From the NCBI GenBank assembly GCA_963715985.1, contig CAVQSP010000008.1, positions 32,001 to 96,000 of the forward strand: a stretch of DNA of 64,000 nt, given 5' to 3'. Within the stretch, counting starts at the first letter, position 1, and the number at the start of each line of letters is the position of its first letter. Below, piece after piece: positions 18,191 to 27,920 of this stretch. Both the position numbers and the translations under genes were made by a program. This stretch comes from an uncultured Thermoleophilia bacterium. Lineage in GTDB: Bacteria; Actinomycetota; Thermoleophilia; UBA2241. Under the pieces are notes generated by a model that saw only the letters and a program-made list of their open reading frames with translations, made no database searches and was not told the origin of the DNA.

Positions 18191-19693
18191 ATGAGCGGGT
18201 TCTCCGAGTTCCACGAGTACGACGGTCTGGGCATGGCGGAGCTCGTGAGGTCCGGGCAGATCAGCGCCGCCGAGCTCGTGGACGAAGCCGCCGGCCGCAT
18301 CGAAGCGCGGAACCCGCGTGTCAACGCGGTGGTGCGCCCGATGTTCGACAGGGCGCGTGCGGAGGTGCGCGGGTCGCCGCCCGGCGGGCCGTTCGGCGGC
18401 GTGCCCTTCCTGCTCAAGGACCTCGTCTCGACGGTCGAAGGCGTGCCCACGAGCTGCGGCACGCGCATCCTCAGGGACGTGCCGGCGCTACACGACAGCG
18501 AGATGGTGCGCCGGTACCGCGCGGCGGGCCTCGTGATCCTCGGTAAGACCAACACGCCGGAGTTCGGCTTGCTGCCCTACACGGAGCCGGTGGCGTTCGG
18601 TCCGACCAACAACCCGTGGGACCTCACACGCACGCCCGGCGGCTCGAGCGGCGGTTCCGCGGCGGCCGTGGCCGCCGGCGGATGGTGCCCCTCGCGGGAG
18701 GCGGCGACGGCGGCGGGTCGCTGCGCATCCCGGCCTCGTGCTGCGGCCTGTTCGGCCTGAAGCCCACGCGCGGACGGACGCCTACCGGGCCGGACGTCGG
18801 CGACATCTGGCGCGGCTTCGTCCAGGAACACGTGGTCACGCGTTCGGTGCGCGACAGTGCCGCGCTGCTGGACGCCGTGGCCGGGTCGGACGCAGGCGCG
18901 CCGTACTGGGCTCCGCCCGCGGCGCGTCCGTACCTGGACGAGGTCGGCACGGAGCCCGGCCGCCTGCGCATCGCCTGCTCGGCCAGGCCGCTGCTCGGCG
19001 GAGCGGTGGACCTGGACTGCTTGGCAGGCTTGCAGGCCACAGCGAGACTGCTGGAGGGGCTCGGCCACGAGCTCGTGGAGGCCTCGCCGCCGGTGGACAA
19101 GGAGCGCTTCGCCGTCTCCTTCCTGATGGTGATCGCGGCCGAGACCGCGGACTCTGTGGAGTCGGCCTCCAGAGCGGCCGGCCGCAAACCGTCCCTCGCC
19201 GACTTCGAGATCGGCGACGCGGGCGCTGGCCATGCTCGGCAGGGCGTTCAGCGCCGGCGAGTACGCCGGCGCGCTGAACTACCTCCTCGCCGCCTCGCGG
19301 CGCATCGCCCGCTTCTTCGAGGACTACGACGTCCTCCTGACACCGACGCTGGCCAAGCCGCCCGTGCCGACGGGCTCGCTGCAGCCCTCGAAGTCAGAAG
19401 CGCTTCAGGTCGAGCTCGCGGGCCGCCTCAGCGCCTCGTGGCTGCTCAAGACCCTCGGCGTCATCAAGCCGCTGGCCGAGAGGACGTTCGCGTTCATGCC
19501 CTACACGCCGGTGTTCAACGTCACCGGCCAGCCGGCGATGTCGGTGCCGCTGTACTGGAACGCGGCCGGACTGCCGGTCGGCATGCACTTCGTCGGGCGC
19601 TTCGGTGACGAGGCCACCCTGTTCCGGCTCGCCGCGCAGCTCGAGCGCGCGCAGCCGTGGTTCGCGCGCACGCCGCCGGGCATGAGCGGGTGA
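18191..19693 (+). CDS. amidase signature family protein; two frameshifts (near 18682 and 19215)
   Basis: [31 protein letters not shown] | [25 protein letters not shown] | [34 protein letters not shown]. Confidence 0.85.
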
Positions 19694-19945
19694 CGGGCCG
19701 TAGTGAGCGCCGGCGCATCGCACCAGGCGACGGCCGCGGCGGACGACCTCGGCCCGCGCGCGGCGGCCATCACTGCCGGCTACTCGCCGGAGGCGCCGGA
19801 GGCGACTGCCCGAGCCCTGCGTGCCCCTCGCTCGGCTGTTGTGGGACGAGTACGGACGCGAGAGGCGCGTCGTGGCGCTCATCGTCTTCGGCGCTCGCGA
19901 GCGGCGGAGCCTGGAGAGTGCGATCAAGGCGCTGAAGGGAGCGCG

Positions 19946-20782
19946 ATGAAGGACCTCACGGACGCCGTCGCCTACGTGGTCGGCGGGTCGAGCGGGATCG
20001 GCCTTTCGACGGCCAGGCTGCTGGCGGCGGCGGGCGCCCACGTCGTCGTCTTCGCCCGCACGCCGGAGAGGCTGGACGCGGCGCTGGCAGAGCTCGAGCG
20101 CCGCCGCATCTCGCCGGGCCAGCGCTTCGCGGCCCGCCGGCTCGACGTGACGGACCACGCCGCGGTCGGCAGGGTCATGAGTGAGACGGTCGGCATGTCC
20201 GGCGCGCCCGACCTGCTCGTCAACTGCGCCGGACGTGCCCTGCCGCACTACTTCAAGGACGTCACCTACGAGCAGTTCGACGAGACCATGAAGGTCAACC
20301 TCTACGGCGTCTGGAACGTCGTCTCCGCCCTGGCGCCGCACATGACGGCCCGCGGCGGCCACATCGTGAACGTCTCCTCGATGGCCGGGTTCATCGGGGT
20401 CTTCGGCCTCACCGACTACTGCGCCTCCAAGTTCGCCGTCGTGGGCTTCTCCGAGGCGCTGCGCCAGGAGCTGCGGCCGTTCGGCATCGCCGTCTCGGTG
20501 CTGTGCCCGCCGGACACCGACACGCCGGGCTTCGCCCGCGAGAACCTGACGAAACCTCCGGAGACGAAGGCCGTCTCGTCCGGCGCCAAGCTGATGCAGC
20601 CCGACGAGGTGGCCCACGCCCTGCTCGACGGCCTTCGCCGTGGCACCTTCATGATCGTCCCCGGCGCCGGCGGCAAGCTGACGTACTTCCTCAAGCGGCA
20701 CGCTCCCTCCGTGGTGGACGTCAGCGTGAGGCGGACCATCCGCAGATCGCAAGCCGAGACCGGGCAGACTGGAGTCACATGA
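19946..20782 (+). CDS. short-chain dehydrogenase/reductase (3-ketodihydrosphingosine reductase-like subgroup)
   Basis: GGSSGIG, LVNCAG, NVSSMAG, YCASK, CPPDTDTPGF..EN.TKP.ETK; AAGGGAG RBS. Confidence 0.85.
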   Translation: MKDLTDAVAYVVGGSSGIGLSTARLLAAAGAHVVVFARTPERLDAALAELERRRISPGQRFAARRLDVTDHAAVGRVMSETVGMSGAPDLLVNCAGRALPHYFKDVTYEQFDETMKVNLYGVWNVVSALAPHMTARGGHIVNVSSMAGFIGVFGLTDYCASKFAVVGFSEALRQELRPFGIAVSVLCPPDTDTPGFARENLTKPPETKAVSSGAKLMQPDEVAHALLDGLRRGTFMIVPGAGGKLTYFLKRHAPSVVDVSVRRTIRRSQAETGQTGVT

Positions 20783-20831
20783 TGGGCAACGAGACCGGGC
20801 AGACTGGAGTCACATGATGGGCAACGAGACC
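20755..20831 (+). repeat. 35-bp tandem duplication across a stop/start junction
   Basis: CGAGACCGGGCAGACTGGAGTCACATGATGGGCAA at 20755-20789 and 20790-20824, plus partial CGAGACC. Confidence 0.95.
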
Positions 20832-21218
20832 AGACATGTGGTGGGCTGGCTGGTGCTGCCCGCCGCGGCGGCCGCCAACGGCGCACTGCGCGATGCGACC
20901 TACGGTAAAAGGATGGGGCGGACCGCCGCGCACTCCCTGGCGGTGGTGCCGCTCATCGTGACCGTCTTCGCGTGGGCAGCCGGGCTGGAGCGGCGCTGGC
21001 CACTGGCGTCCCGTCGCGCCGCAGCGAAGGTCGGTGTCGTGTGGCTCGCGTTGACGCTCGCCTTCGAGTTCGGGATGGGCGCCACCAGAGGGACCCCGGC
21101 CCGAGAGATGCTCGCCGAGTACGACGTCCGCGGCGGTCACTTGTGGCCGCTGGTGCCGCTCGCCGTGGTCGTGGCGCCGGTGCTGGTGTTCCGGCGCACG
21201 GCGCGGCGGACGCCCTAG
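20814..21218 (+). CDS. hypothetical membrane protein
   Basis: four hydrophobic segments; NGALRDATY, WLALTLAFEFG, LAEYDVRGGHLWPLV. Confidence 0.7.
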   Translation: MMGNETRHVVGWLVLPAAAAANGALRDATYGKRMGRTAAHSLAVVPLIVTVFAWAAGLERRWPLASRRAAAKVGVVWLALTLAFEFGMGATRGTPAREMLAEYDVRGGHLWPLVPLAVVVAPVLVFRRTARRTP

Positions 21219-21237
21219 GACCCCGACTGCGCCGCTG

Positions 21238-22254
21238 ATGGCTCCCACCGTTTCTGCGAACAGCGTGCCCGGCCCCGCCGCCCCGGTCGACTGGCTCCTG
21301 GCGGCGGAGCCGTTCGTCGAGTACAGGACCCGGCTCGACCTGCTCGATCAAGGGCCGGGCGAGCCCGCGGTGCGGGAGGCGCGCCGGGCCATGCTGGCCG
21401 ACCCGCGGGTGCTCGCTCTGGTCGGCGAGCTGGCCGGCTGGCCGGTCCGGGTCATCGCCGGCCACAAGAGCGCCGGCCAGCCGTTCCACAAACTGACATT
21501 CCTCGCCGACCTCGGCCTCCACGCGCGCGACCCCGGCGTCGGATCGGTCGTCGCGGCGATCGTCGCCCACCGGTCCGAAGCGGGCCCCTTCCAGCTGCCC
21601 ATGAACATCCCGCGACACTACGGTGGGTCGGGCGAGGACGCGTGGGCGTGGGCCCTCTGCGACGCCCCGTTGCTCGTCTACGGCCTGGCGGGGCTCGGCC
21701 TGGGCGGCGACCCCGCGGTCCGCATGGCCTTGGCTCACCTGACCGGCCTGGTCCGCGAGAACGGGTGGCCGTGCGCGGTCTCCATGGAGCTCGGGCGCTT
21801 CCGCGGACCGGGACGCAAGGACGACCCGTGCCCCTTCGCGACGCTGGCCATGCTCAAGGCGCTCGCGCTCTTCGACGACCTTCGCGACGGGCAGGCCGCA
21901 CGCACAGGAGCCGAGACCATCCTCGCCCTGTGGGAAGACAGTCGCGCCCGGCACCCCTACCAGTTCTACATGGGCACCGACTTCCGCAAGGTCAAGGCGC
22001 CCTTCGTGTGGTACGACCTCCTGCACGTGCTCGACGTCCTCTCGCGGTTCCCGCGACTTCGCGGTGACCCTCGCTTTCGGGACATGCTCGCCACGCTCAC
22101 AGGCAAGGCGGACGGCGCCGGGCGGTACACGCCCGAGTCCGTGTGGACGGCGTGGAAGGCGTGGGAGTTCGCGCAGAAGAAGGAGCCGTCGGCCTGGGTC
22201 ACGCTGTTGGCGTGGCGCATCGTCGCCAGGGCCGGGCTCGCCCCGGTGGCGTGA
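21238..22254 (+). CDS. hypothetical protein with a prenyltransferase/terpene-cyclase-like alpha-barrel (inferred)
   Basis: DWLL...P.VEY...DLL, GWPC, DDPCPFAT, FYMGTDFRK.KAPFVWYDLLHVLDVLS, KEPSAWVT. Confidence 0.65.
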   Translation: MAPTVSANSVPGPAAPVDWLLAAEPFVEYRTRLDLLDQGPGEPAVREARRAMLADPRVLALVGELAGWPVRVIAGHKSAGQPFHKLTFLADLGLHARDPGVGSVVAAIVAHRSEAGPFQLPMNIPRHYGGSGEDAWAWALCDAPLLVYGLAGLGLGGDPAVRMALAHLTGLVRENGWPCAVSMELGRFRGPGRKDDPCPFATLAMLKALALFDDLRDGQAARTGAETILALWEDSRARHPYQFYMGTDFRKVKAPFVWYDLLHVLDVLSRFPRLRGDPRFRDMLATLTGKADGAGRYTPESVWTAWKAWEFAQKKEPSAWVTLLAWRIVARAGLAPVA

Positions 22255-22303
22255 GCAGTGCCGGCCCGAGAAGGATCATCAGAAGAGGTCGACGCATCAC
22301 GCG

Positions 22304-22404
22304 GTGCGCCCCGAGGAGCCCGGCGACGAAGCCCGCATCCGCGAGGTCAACGAGCGCGCCTTTGGACAGAGCGCGGAGGAGGACGTCTTCGACGAGCTGC
22401 GTCG
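22304..22404 (+). pseudogene. N-terminal remnant of a YhbS-like GNAT acetyltransferase
   Basis: VRPEEPGDEARIREVNERAFGQSAEEDVFDELR, after which similarity ends. Confidence 0.55.
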
Positions 22405-22491
22405 ACCACCACCAGCCCGAGTCCGACGCCGCGGTGTAGGCTGGCGGGCGCGCGACGCATTCCGCGCAGACACCCGACCGAGGAGCCCGAG

Positions 22492-22830
22492 ATGTTCGCC
22501 ACCGCCGACCCCGAGGGGTTTGTCACCGTCGCGCCCGGCGTCCGCCGCAAGACGCTGTGTTTCGGCCGCGAGACGCTGCTGGCCGAGTTCCGCCTCGACG
22601 CAGGTCACGACCTGCCCCGGCACGCCCACCCGCACGAGCAGACAGGCTACCTGGTGAGCGGGCGCCTCACGCTCACGATCGGTGAGGAGACGCGCGACCT
22701 CGCGCCCGGCGACAGCTGGTGCATCGCCGGCGACGTCGAGCACGGGGCCCGCGTTCTGGAGGACGCCGTGGCCGTGGAGGTGTTCTCGCCGCTGCGCGAG
22801 GACTTCCTCCCCGAGGCGTCCACCACGTAG
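22492..22830 (+). CDS. cupin domain protein
   Basis: LPRHAHPHEQTGYLVSG, PGDSWCIAGDVEHG, EVFSPLRED; GAGGAG RBS. Confidence 0.88.
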   Translation: MFATADPEGFVTVAPGVRRKTLCFGRETLLAEFRLDAGHDLPRHAHPHEQTGYLVSGRLTLTIGEETRDLAPGDSWCIAGDVEHGARVLEDAVAVEVFSPLREDFLPEASTT

Positions 22831-23022
22831 GCGCTCGGGGCCTGTGCGGCCTCGCCGTCCGGACGCGGGGTGCGAGTGCCACCCGTCGCCGGCCCCGCGC
22901 GGCCGTGCACGAAGGTCGCGTTTGCGCCGTGCCGGGGCGGGAACAAGAGGCGGGCAGGCGGCTGCTGCTCGCCGGCAACGCCGGCAGCCGCCCCGCGACG
23001 ACGCTCCCGCAGGGAGGACGGT

Positions 23023-23469
23023 GTGCGCGAGGCCACACCAGACGATGTGCCCAGGCTCCTTGACTTGATGGAGGAGTTCTACGCGGAGGCCGGCTACGTG
23101 CTCGACGAGCCGGAGGCGCAGGCCTCGTTCCAGAGCCTGCTCGACGAACCCCGGCTCGGCAGGGTATGGGTGGCCGAGCAGGACGGGGACGTCGCAGGGT
23201 ACGTTGTCGTCACGTTCGTGTTCGCGATGGAGCACGGCGGCACCATGGGCATGGTGGATGACTTCTTCGTGCGTCCCGAGTACCGCGGCGCCGGGCTGGG
23301 GACCGCCCTCCTGACAGGCGTCCGCTCCGCCTGCGCCGGCCTCGGCCTTCGTGCCCTGCGCGTGGAGGTCGGTCACGACAACGCTCCCGCACAGGCCGTA
23401 TACCGCGCGGCCGGGTTCGAGACACTGGATCGCCGGCTCATGGCGGCACGCCTGCACGGACCGGCGTGA
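23023..23469 (+). CDS. GNAT N-acetyltransferase
   Basis: VREATPDD, DDFFVRPEYRGAGLG, NAPAQAVYRAAGF. Confidence 0.88.
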   Translation: MREATPDDVPRLLDLMEEFYAEAGYVLDEPEAQASFQSLLDEPRLGRVWVAEQDGDVAGYVVVTFVFAMEHGGTMGMVDDFFVRPEYRGAGLGTALLTGVRSACAGLGLRALRVEVGHDNAPAQAVYRAAGFETLDRRLMAARLHGPA

Positions 23470-23483
23470 CAAGGAGACCCACC

Positions 23484-23891
23484 ATGAGCGGGCGGATCTT
23501 CGTGAAGCTGCCGGTCAGGGACCTCGACCGTTCGGTCGGATTCTTCGGCAAGTTCGCGTTCGCGTTCGATCCCCATCTCGCCAACGAGCGGGCCACGTGC
23601 ATGATCGACGCCGACGGCATCTCCGTGATGCTGCTTGTCGAGGACTTTTTCGAGACGTTCACCGACAGGCCGGTGGCGGATGCGAGAGCGGTCACCGAGG
23701 CCATCATCGCGCTCTCCGCGGAGAGCCGCGAGGCGGAGGACGAGATGGTCGCCGAGGACGTGACCGCCGGAGGCTCCACCGTCCGCGAGCCGGAGGACCA
23801 CGGCTCCATGTACGGCCACGGCTTCCAGGACCCGGACGGCCACATCTGGGAGCTCGTCTTCATGGAACCCGGCGCGGTGCCGGAGGGCTGA
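23484..23891 (+). CDS. VOC/glyoxalase family protein
   Basis: IFVKLPVRDLDRS, VMLL, MYGHGFQDPDGHIWEL; AAGGAG RBS. Confidence 0.85.
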   Translation: MSGRIFVKLPVRDLDRSVGFFGKFAFAFDPHLANERATCMIDADGISVMLLVEDFFETFTDRPVADARAVTEAIIALSAESREAEDEMVAEDVTAGGSTVREPEDHGSMYGHGFQDPDGHIWELVFMEPGAVPEG

Positions 23892-23932
23892 GACGGCCCT
23901 CGCGCCGCGCTCACGACGCCAAGGAGGACACC

Positions 23933-24319
23933 ATGTCACGTGTCATCCACTTCGAGATCCACGCCTCCGAGCCGGAGGCCCTGGCCGCCTACTACGCCGA
24001 CCTGCTGGGCTGGACCTTCGCTAAGCAGGAGGGCATGGACTACTGGCTGATCGACACCGGGCCGTCCGCGCAGCCCGGCATCAACGGCGGGCTGCTGCGC
24101 CGCCCCGTCGCCGGGCCGGCTCTGGGTCAGGCCGTGAACGCCTTCGTCTGCACTGTGGAGGTCGACTCACTCGACCAGACCCTGGCGCGCAATGCGGAGC
24201 TCGGCGGCGAGGTCGCGCTGCCGAGGATGCCGGTCACTGGGCTCGGCTGGCTCGCTTACCTGCTGGACCCGGACCGCAATATGCTCGGCGTGCTGGAGCG
24301 CGACCCGGCGGCAGCCTGA
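23933..24319 (+). CDS. VOC family protein
   Basis: MSRVIHFEIHA, GINGGL, GWLAYLLDPDRN; AAGGAGG RBS. Confidence 0.88.
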   Translation: MSRVIHFEIHASEPEALAAYYADLLGWTFAKQEGMDYWLIDTGPSAQPGINGGLLRRPVAGPALGQAVNAFVCTVEVDSLDQTLARNAELGGEVALPRMPVTGLGWLAYLLDPDRNMLGVLERDPAAA

Positions 24320-24615
24320 TCGCAGGCGACTGCATGTGAGCTTCCCTGCGCGGTCGCTCGCTCGGCGATGATCTTCGTGGCCTCCACGATGGACGCCGTG
24401 CTGCCGTCGTCCCACTTGACCGTGTACGTGTCGTCGGTCGCCTCGCCGATCCCCCCCGAGTAGAAGCGGCCGTTCGACCACACCGCCGGCACGCGGTCCC
24501 CGACGGCGAACGTCCTCGCGGGGATCGCGCGCACCTCGCCCGCCTTCAGCGTGCTCGAAGAGCCTCGCGCGGCCGACCCGGCAGCGAGCGCGCCGAGCGC
24601 CGCCGGTACGAGCAT
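24256..24615 (-). CDS. small protein or remnant with a Tudor/Agenet-like domain
   Basis: FAVGDRVPAVWSNGRFYSG.I.....YTVKWDDG pattern; overlaps the convergent VOC gene. Confidence 0.4.
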   Translation of the reverse strand: MLVPAALGALAAGSAARGSSSTLKAGEVRAIPARTFAVGDRVPAVWSNGRFYSGGIGEATDDTYTVKWDDGSTASIVEATKIIAERATAQGSSHAVACDQAAAGSRSSTPSILRSGSSR

Positions 24616-24694
24616 GCCTCTGAGGATCCTGGACCGCAGGTGCTGCTCCTCTGCCGGGTGGGACCCGAGGCATGGACGCGTACCTCGGTGACGC

Positions 24695-24752
24695 TTGACG
24701 CGCGGGTGGCGCGTTGATATCTTTTCTCAACTGTTCTGAGAACAGTTCTCAA
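24695..24752 (+). promoter_or_regulatory. sigma70-type promoter with overlapping Fur-box-like palindromes
   Basis: TTGACG(24695)-N17-TATCTT(24718); TGAGAAC-A-GTTCTCA 24737-24751; AACTGTTCT-G-AGAACAGTT 24729-24747; imperfect TTGATATCTTTTCTCAA 24714-24730. Confidence 0.75.
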
Positions 24753-24774
24753 GACTCCTGCAAGAGAGGCTGCC

Positions 24775-25227
24775 GTGGTCGATCCGCGACCCACACACGA
24801 CATCGAGACCGTCTTTCACGAGAAGGGCATCCCCTTCACGCGCCAGCGCCGGCTCGTATGGAGCTACTTCTCCGGCGAAGACCGCGCGGCGACCATCACT
24901 GAGGCGGCGGAGGCTTTGCGCCCCGAGGGCGTCGGCCAGGCCACCGTGTACCGCACCGTCACCCTGCTCGGCGAGCTCGGCCTGCTGGCGCGCGTGCAGG
25001 ACGGGCAGGGCGAGATCTGCTACACCGCGCCCCCCATCGGCCACAGCCACCCGCTGATCTGCGGCGAGTGCCGCCGCGTGGTGCGCTTCGACGGCAACGG
25101 CGACGTCAAGGAGCTCGAGGTGCGGTTGGAACGTGAGACCGGGTTCTCGGTCTACGGCCACCACCTCGAGGTGTACGGGATCTGCCCGCAGTGCGCGGCG
25201 GCCAGAAAGGAATGGGACGGTGTCTGA
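24775..25227 (+). CDS. Fur family transcriptional regulator
   Basis: TRQRR, ATVYRT..LL.ELG, HSH.LICGEC, HHLEVYGICPQC. Confidence 0.9.
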   Translation: MVDPRPTHDIETVFHEKGIPFTRQRRLVWSYFSGEDRAATITEAAEALRPEGVGQATVYRTVTLLGELGLLARVQDGQGEICYTAPPIGHSHPLICGECRRVVRFDGNGDVKELEVRLERETGFSVYGHHLEVYGICPQCAAARKEWDGV

Positions 25228-25945
25228 CGCTACGACCTCAGCCGCGTCGAACCCCGGCGTCTGGCCGGATGCGGCGGCGCTCGACGGCCACCGCTTCTTC
25301 GTCTCGTGGAGCGGCGGCAAGGACGCCTGCTTGGCCATGCAGCGGGCCGCGGCCGCAGGCGGCCGGCCCGCCGCCCTGCTCTGCATGCTGCACGAGGAGG
25401 GGCGCGTCAGCCGCGGGCACGGCCTGCCCGTCGCCCTCCTTCAGGCGCAGGCCGATGCACTCGGCGTGCCGCTCGTCACGCGCGCCACCACCTGGGACGA
25501 CTACGAGGCCACCTTTGTCCCCGTTTTGCACGAACTTCGCGACCAAGGCGTGGAGGCCGGCGTGTTCGGCGACATCGACCTGCAGGCGCATCGCGACTGG
25601 GTCGAGGGCGTCTGTGAGGTCGCCGGCCTGGACTGCCACCTGCCCCTGTGGCAGGAGCCGCGCCGCCGCCTGCTCGCCGAGTTCCTCTCCGCCGGCGGCC
25701 GCGCCACGATCGTCGCCGTCGACTCGTCCAAGCTCGGCGCCGAGTACCTCGGCCGCGAGCTCGACGACGCGCTCATCTCCCGCCTCGAAGCCGCAGGTGT
25801 CGACGCCTGCGGTGAGGAGGGCGAGTACCACACGATGGTCACCGCCGGTCCGCTCTTCCGCGCCCCTGTCCCGCTCGCGTGGGACGGCGTGGAAGAGCGC
25901 GACGGCCACTGGGTCCTTCGCTTCTCGTCCGCACACCAAGCATGA
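25220..25945 (+). CDS. Dph6/DUF71-like ATP pyrophosphatase (diphthine-ammonia ligase family)
   Basis: SWSGGKDA PP-loop, FGDIDL..HR.W, PLW, DACGEEGEYHTMV..GPLF. Confidence 0.88.
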   Translation: MSDATTSAASNPGVWPDAAALDGHRFFVSWSGGKDACLAMQRAAAAGGRPAALLCMLHEEGRVSRGHGLPVALLQAQADALGVPLVTRATTWDDYEATFVPVLHELRDQGVEAGVFGDIDLQAHRDWVEGVCEVAGLDCHLPLWQEPRRRLLAEFLSAGGRATIVAVDSSKLGAEYLGRELDDALISRLEAAGVDACGEEGEYHTMVTAGPLFRAPVPLAWDGVEERDGHWVLRFSSAHQA

Positions 25946-25962
25946 AGGGAGTCACCGTCACC

Positions 25963-26925
25963 ATGAGCACCACCCGCACCGTCCGCGCCGCCGCGCTCCT
26001 CCTCGTCATCGCCCTCGCCGCGGGCGCCCTCGCCCTGAGCGCCTGCGGTTCGGGCGAAGAGACAGTCTCGGCGTCTGGGTCGCCCTCCGCGGCCGCTTCC
26101 GCCGGCCCCATCACCGTCACCGACGACACCGGCGCCACCGTCACGCTCGCGGCGCCGGCGGAGAAGATCGTGAGCCTCGCTCCGGCCAACACCGAGATCA
26201 CCTACGCCGTCGGCGCCGGCGACAAGATGGTGGCCGGCACGAGCTACGACGACTACCCCGAGGAGGCCAAGGCGCTGCCCAAGGTCGGCGACTTCGCCAA
26301 TCCCAGCGTGGAGAGGATCGCCTCCTACGAGCCCGACCTCGTGCTCGCCGCCGGCGGCATCCAGGACAAGCTCCGCACCAAGCTCGAGGATCTCGGCATG
26401 CAGGTGTACGTGGTGGACCCCAAGACGTACGCCGCCGTGCAGAACGACATCGCCAACATCGGCACGCTCGCCGGCACCACCGACACGGCCCAGCAAGTCG
26501 TCGACACGATGGAGCAGGCCAAGACCGACGTGACCGCCAAGGTCGGCTCGCTGACGCCCGCCACCACATTCCTTGAGATCTACAGCAAGCCGCTGATGAC
26601 CGCCGGCGCCGAGACGTTCATCGACGACATGATCACCATCGCCGGCGGCACCAACATCGGCGCCGCGGCGGGCAGCGGCTTCCCGACGTTCAGCACCGAG
26701 GTATTGGCCAGGGACGACCCGCAGGTCTACATCGCCGATTCCGGCTCCATGAGCAAGCCGGGCGACATCACCAAGCGCGCCGGCTTCGCCGAGCTCACCG
26801 CCGTGAAGAACGGCACGGTGTACGTGATCGACGACAACGTCATCGCGCGCCCCGGTCCGCGCCTGGCAGACGGCCTGAAGCAGCTCGCTGGAATGATCCA
26901 TCCCGAGGCCTACACCGCGCAGTGA
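25963..26925 (+). CDS. btuF: cobalamin/Fe-chelate ABC transporter lipoprotein (BtuF-like); alternative start 25942
   Basis: lipobox LSAC, VTDDTG, IVSLAPANTE, YDDYPEEA, RPGPRL..GL. Confidence 0.82.
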   Translation: MSTTRTVRAAALLLVIALAAGALALSACGSGEETVSASGSPSAAASAGPITVTDDTGATVTLAAPAEKIVSLAPANTEITYAVGAGDKMVAGTSYDDYPEEAKALPKVGDFANPSVERIASYEPDLVLAAGGIQDKLRTKLEDLGMQVYVVDPKTYAAVQNDIANIGTLAGTTDTAQQVVDTMEQAKTDVTAKVGSLTPATTFLEIYSKPLMTAGAETFIDDMITIAGGTNIGAAAGSGFPTFSTEVLARDDPQVYIADSGSMSKPGDITKRAGFAELTAVKNGTVYVIDDNVIARPGPRLADGLKQLAGMIHPEAYTAQ

Positions 26926-27920
26926 CGCGAGCGGCCCGCACAGGCGTGTGGCCGGGAATCGCTCTGGCCGCGGGCATCTTCGCCCTGTGCCTCGTGCTGG
27001 CTCTCGTCCTGGGACCGGTCCCGCTCTCACTGGGTCGCCTTTGGCAGCTGGTGACGGCGGGGCCGGTCCACGGCGACCTCCAGAACGCCATCTTCTGGCA
27101 GATCCGCCTGCCGCGCGTCCTCGTCGCCTGCCTGGTCGGCGCGGCGCTGGCGGTCGCCGGCGTCATCCTGCAGGACCTCTTCCTCAATCCGCTCACCGAC
27201 CCGTACGTCACCGGCGTCTCGTCCGGCGCCGCGCTGGGAGCCACGATAGGCATCGTCCTCCACTTCTCGAGCCTCGCCTGGACCACAGTGCTGGCCATCG
27301 TCGGCGGTCTGGGTACGCTCGGCATCGTGTGGCTGGCGGCACGGCGGCGCGGCCGCATCGACATCTTCGTGCTGCTGCTCGCCGGCGTGACCATCTCGTA
27401 CCTCGCCGCCGCGGTCGTCACCGTGCTCATGATCGAGGCGAACGAGGACATGAACGCCATCATCTTCTGGCTCATGGGGAGCTTCTCGGGGCGCGGCTGG
27501 CCCGACGTCGAGATCGCCCTCGCGGTACTTCCGTTCCTCGCGGTGCCCCTGTTCTTCACGCGGGAGATGGACATCATGCTGCAGGGCGAGAAGCGGGCGC
27601 TCGAGCTCGGCGTGGAGGTCGAGCGCACCAAACGGATCCTGCTGGTCACCGCCGGCGTGCTGACCGCGCTGGCCGTCTCCGTGAGCGGCATCATCGGTTT
27701 CGTGGGCCTCGTGGTGCCGCACATCGTGCGGCTGCTGGTCGGCCCGGGCCACCGTGGACTGCTGCCGGTGTCGCTGCTGGCCGGAGCCTCGATGATGGTG
27801 GTCGCCGACCTGCTCTCGCGTACGGTGATCGCTCCCAACGAGATCCCCGTGGGGGTGGTCACCACGTTCGTCGGGGCGCCGCTGTTCGTCTACCTCCTGC
27901 GCCGCGGGAAGCGCAGCTGA
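26922..27920 (+). CDS. btuC: FecCD/BtuC family ABC permease
   Basis: IRLPRVL, NPLTDPY..GVSSGA, FWLMGS, GIIGFVGLVVPH, EIPVGVVT. Confidence 0.85.
   Translation: MTRAARTGVWPGIALAAGIFALCLVLALVLGPVPLSLGRLWQLVTAGPVHGDLQNAIFWQIRLPRVLVACLVGAALAVAGVILQDLFLNPLTDPYVTGVSSGAALGATIGIVLHFSSLAWTTVLAIVGGLGTLGIVWLAARRRGRIDIFVLLLAGVTISYLAAAVVTVLMIEANEDMNAIIFWLMGSFSGRGWPDVEIALAVLPFLAVPLFFTREMDIMLQGEKRALELGVEVERTKRILLVTAGVLTALAVSVSGIIGFVGLVVPHIVRLLVGPGHRGLLPVSLLAGASMMVVADLLSRTVIAPNEIPVGVVTTFVGAPLFVYLLRRGKRS

Noticed and set aside
19703-19949. N-terminal extension of the SDR, or a small upstream gene (…LLWDEYGRERRVVALIVFGARERRSLESAIKALKGAR*)
   Set aside because: The SDR has its own RBS and ATG at 19946. The upstream segment may be a broken gene remnant, but I could not assign it.
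20755-20831. 35-bp direct repeats (and the 51-bp repeats at 58674-58775) as CRISPR arrays
   Set aside because: The units are contiguous with no spacers, there are only two copies, and there are no cas genes.
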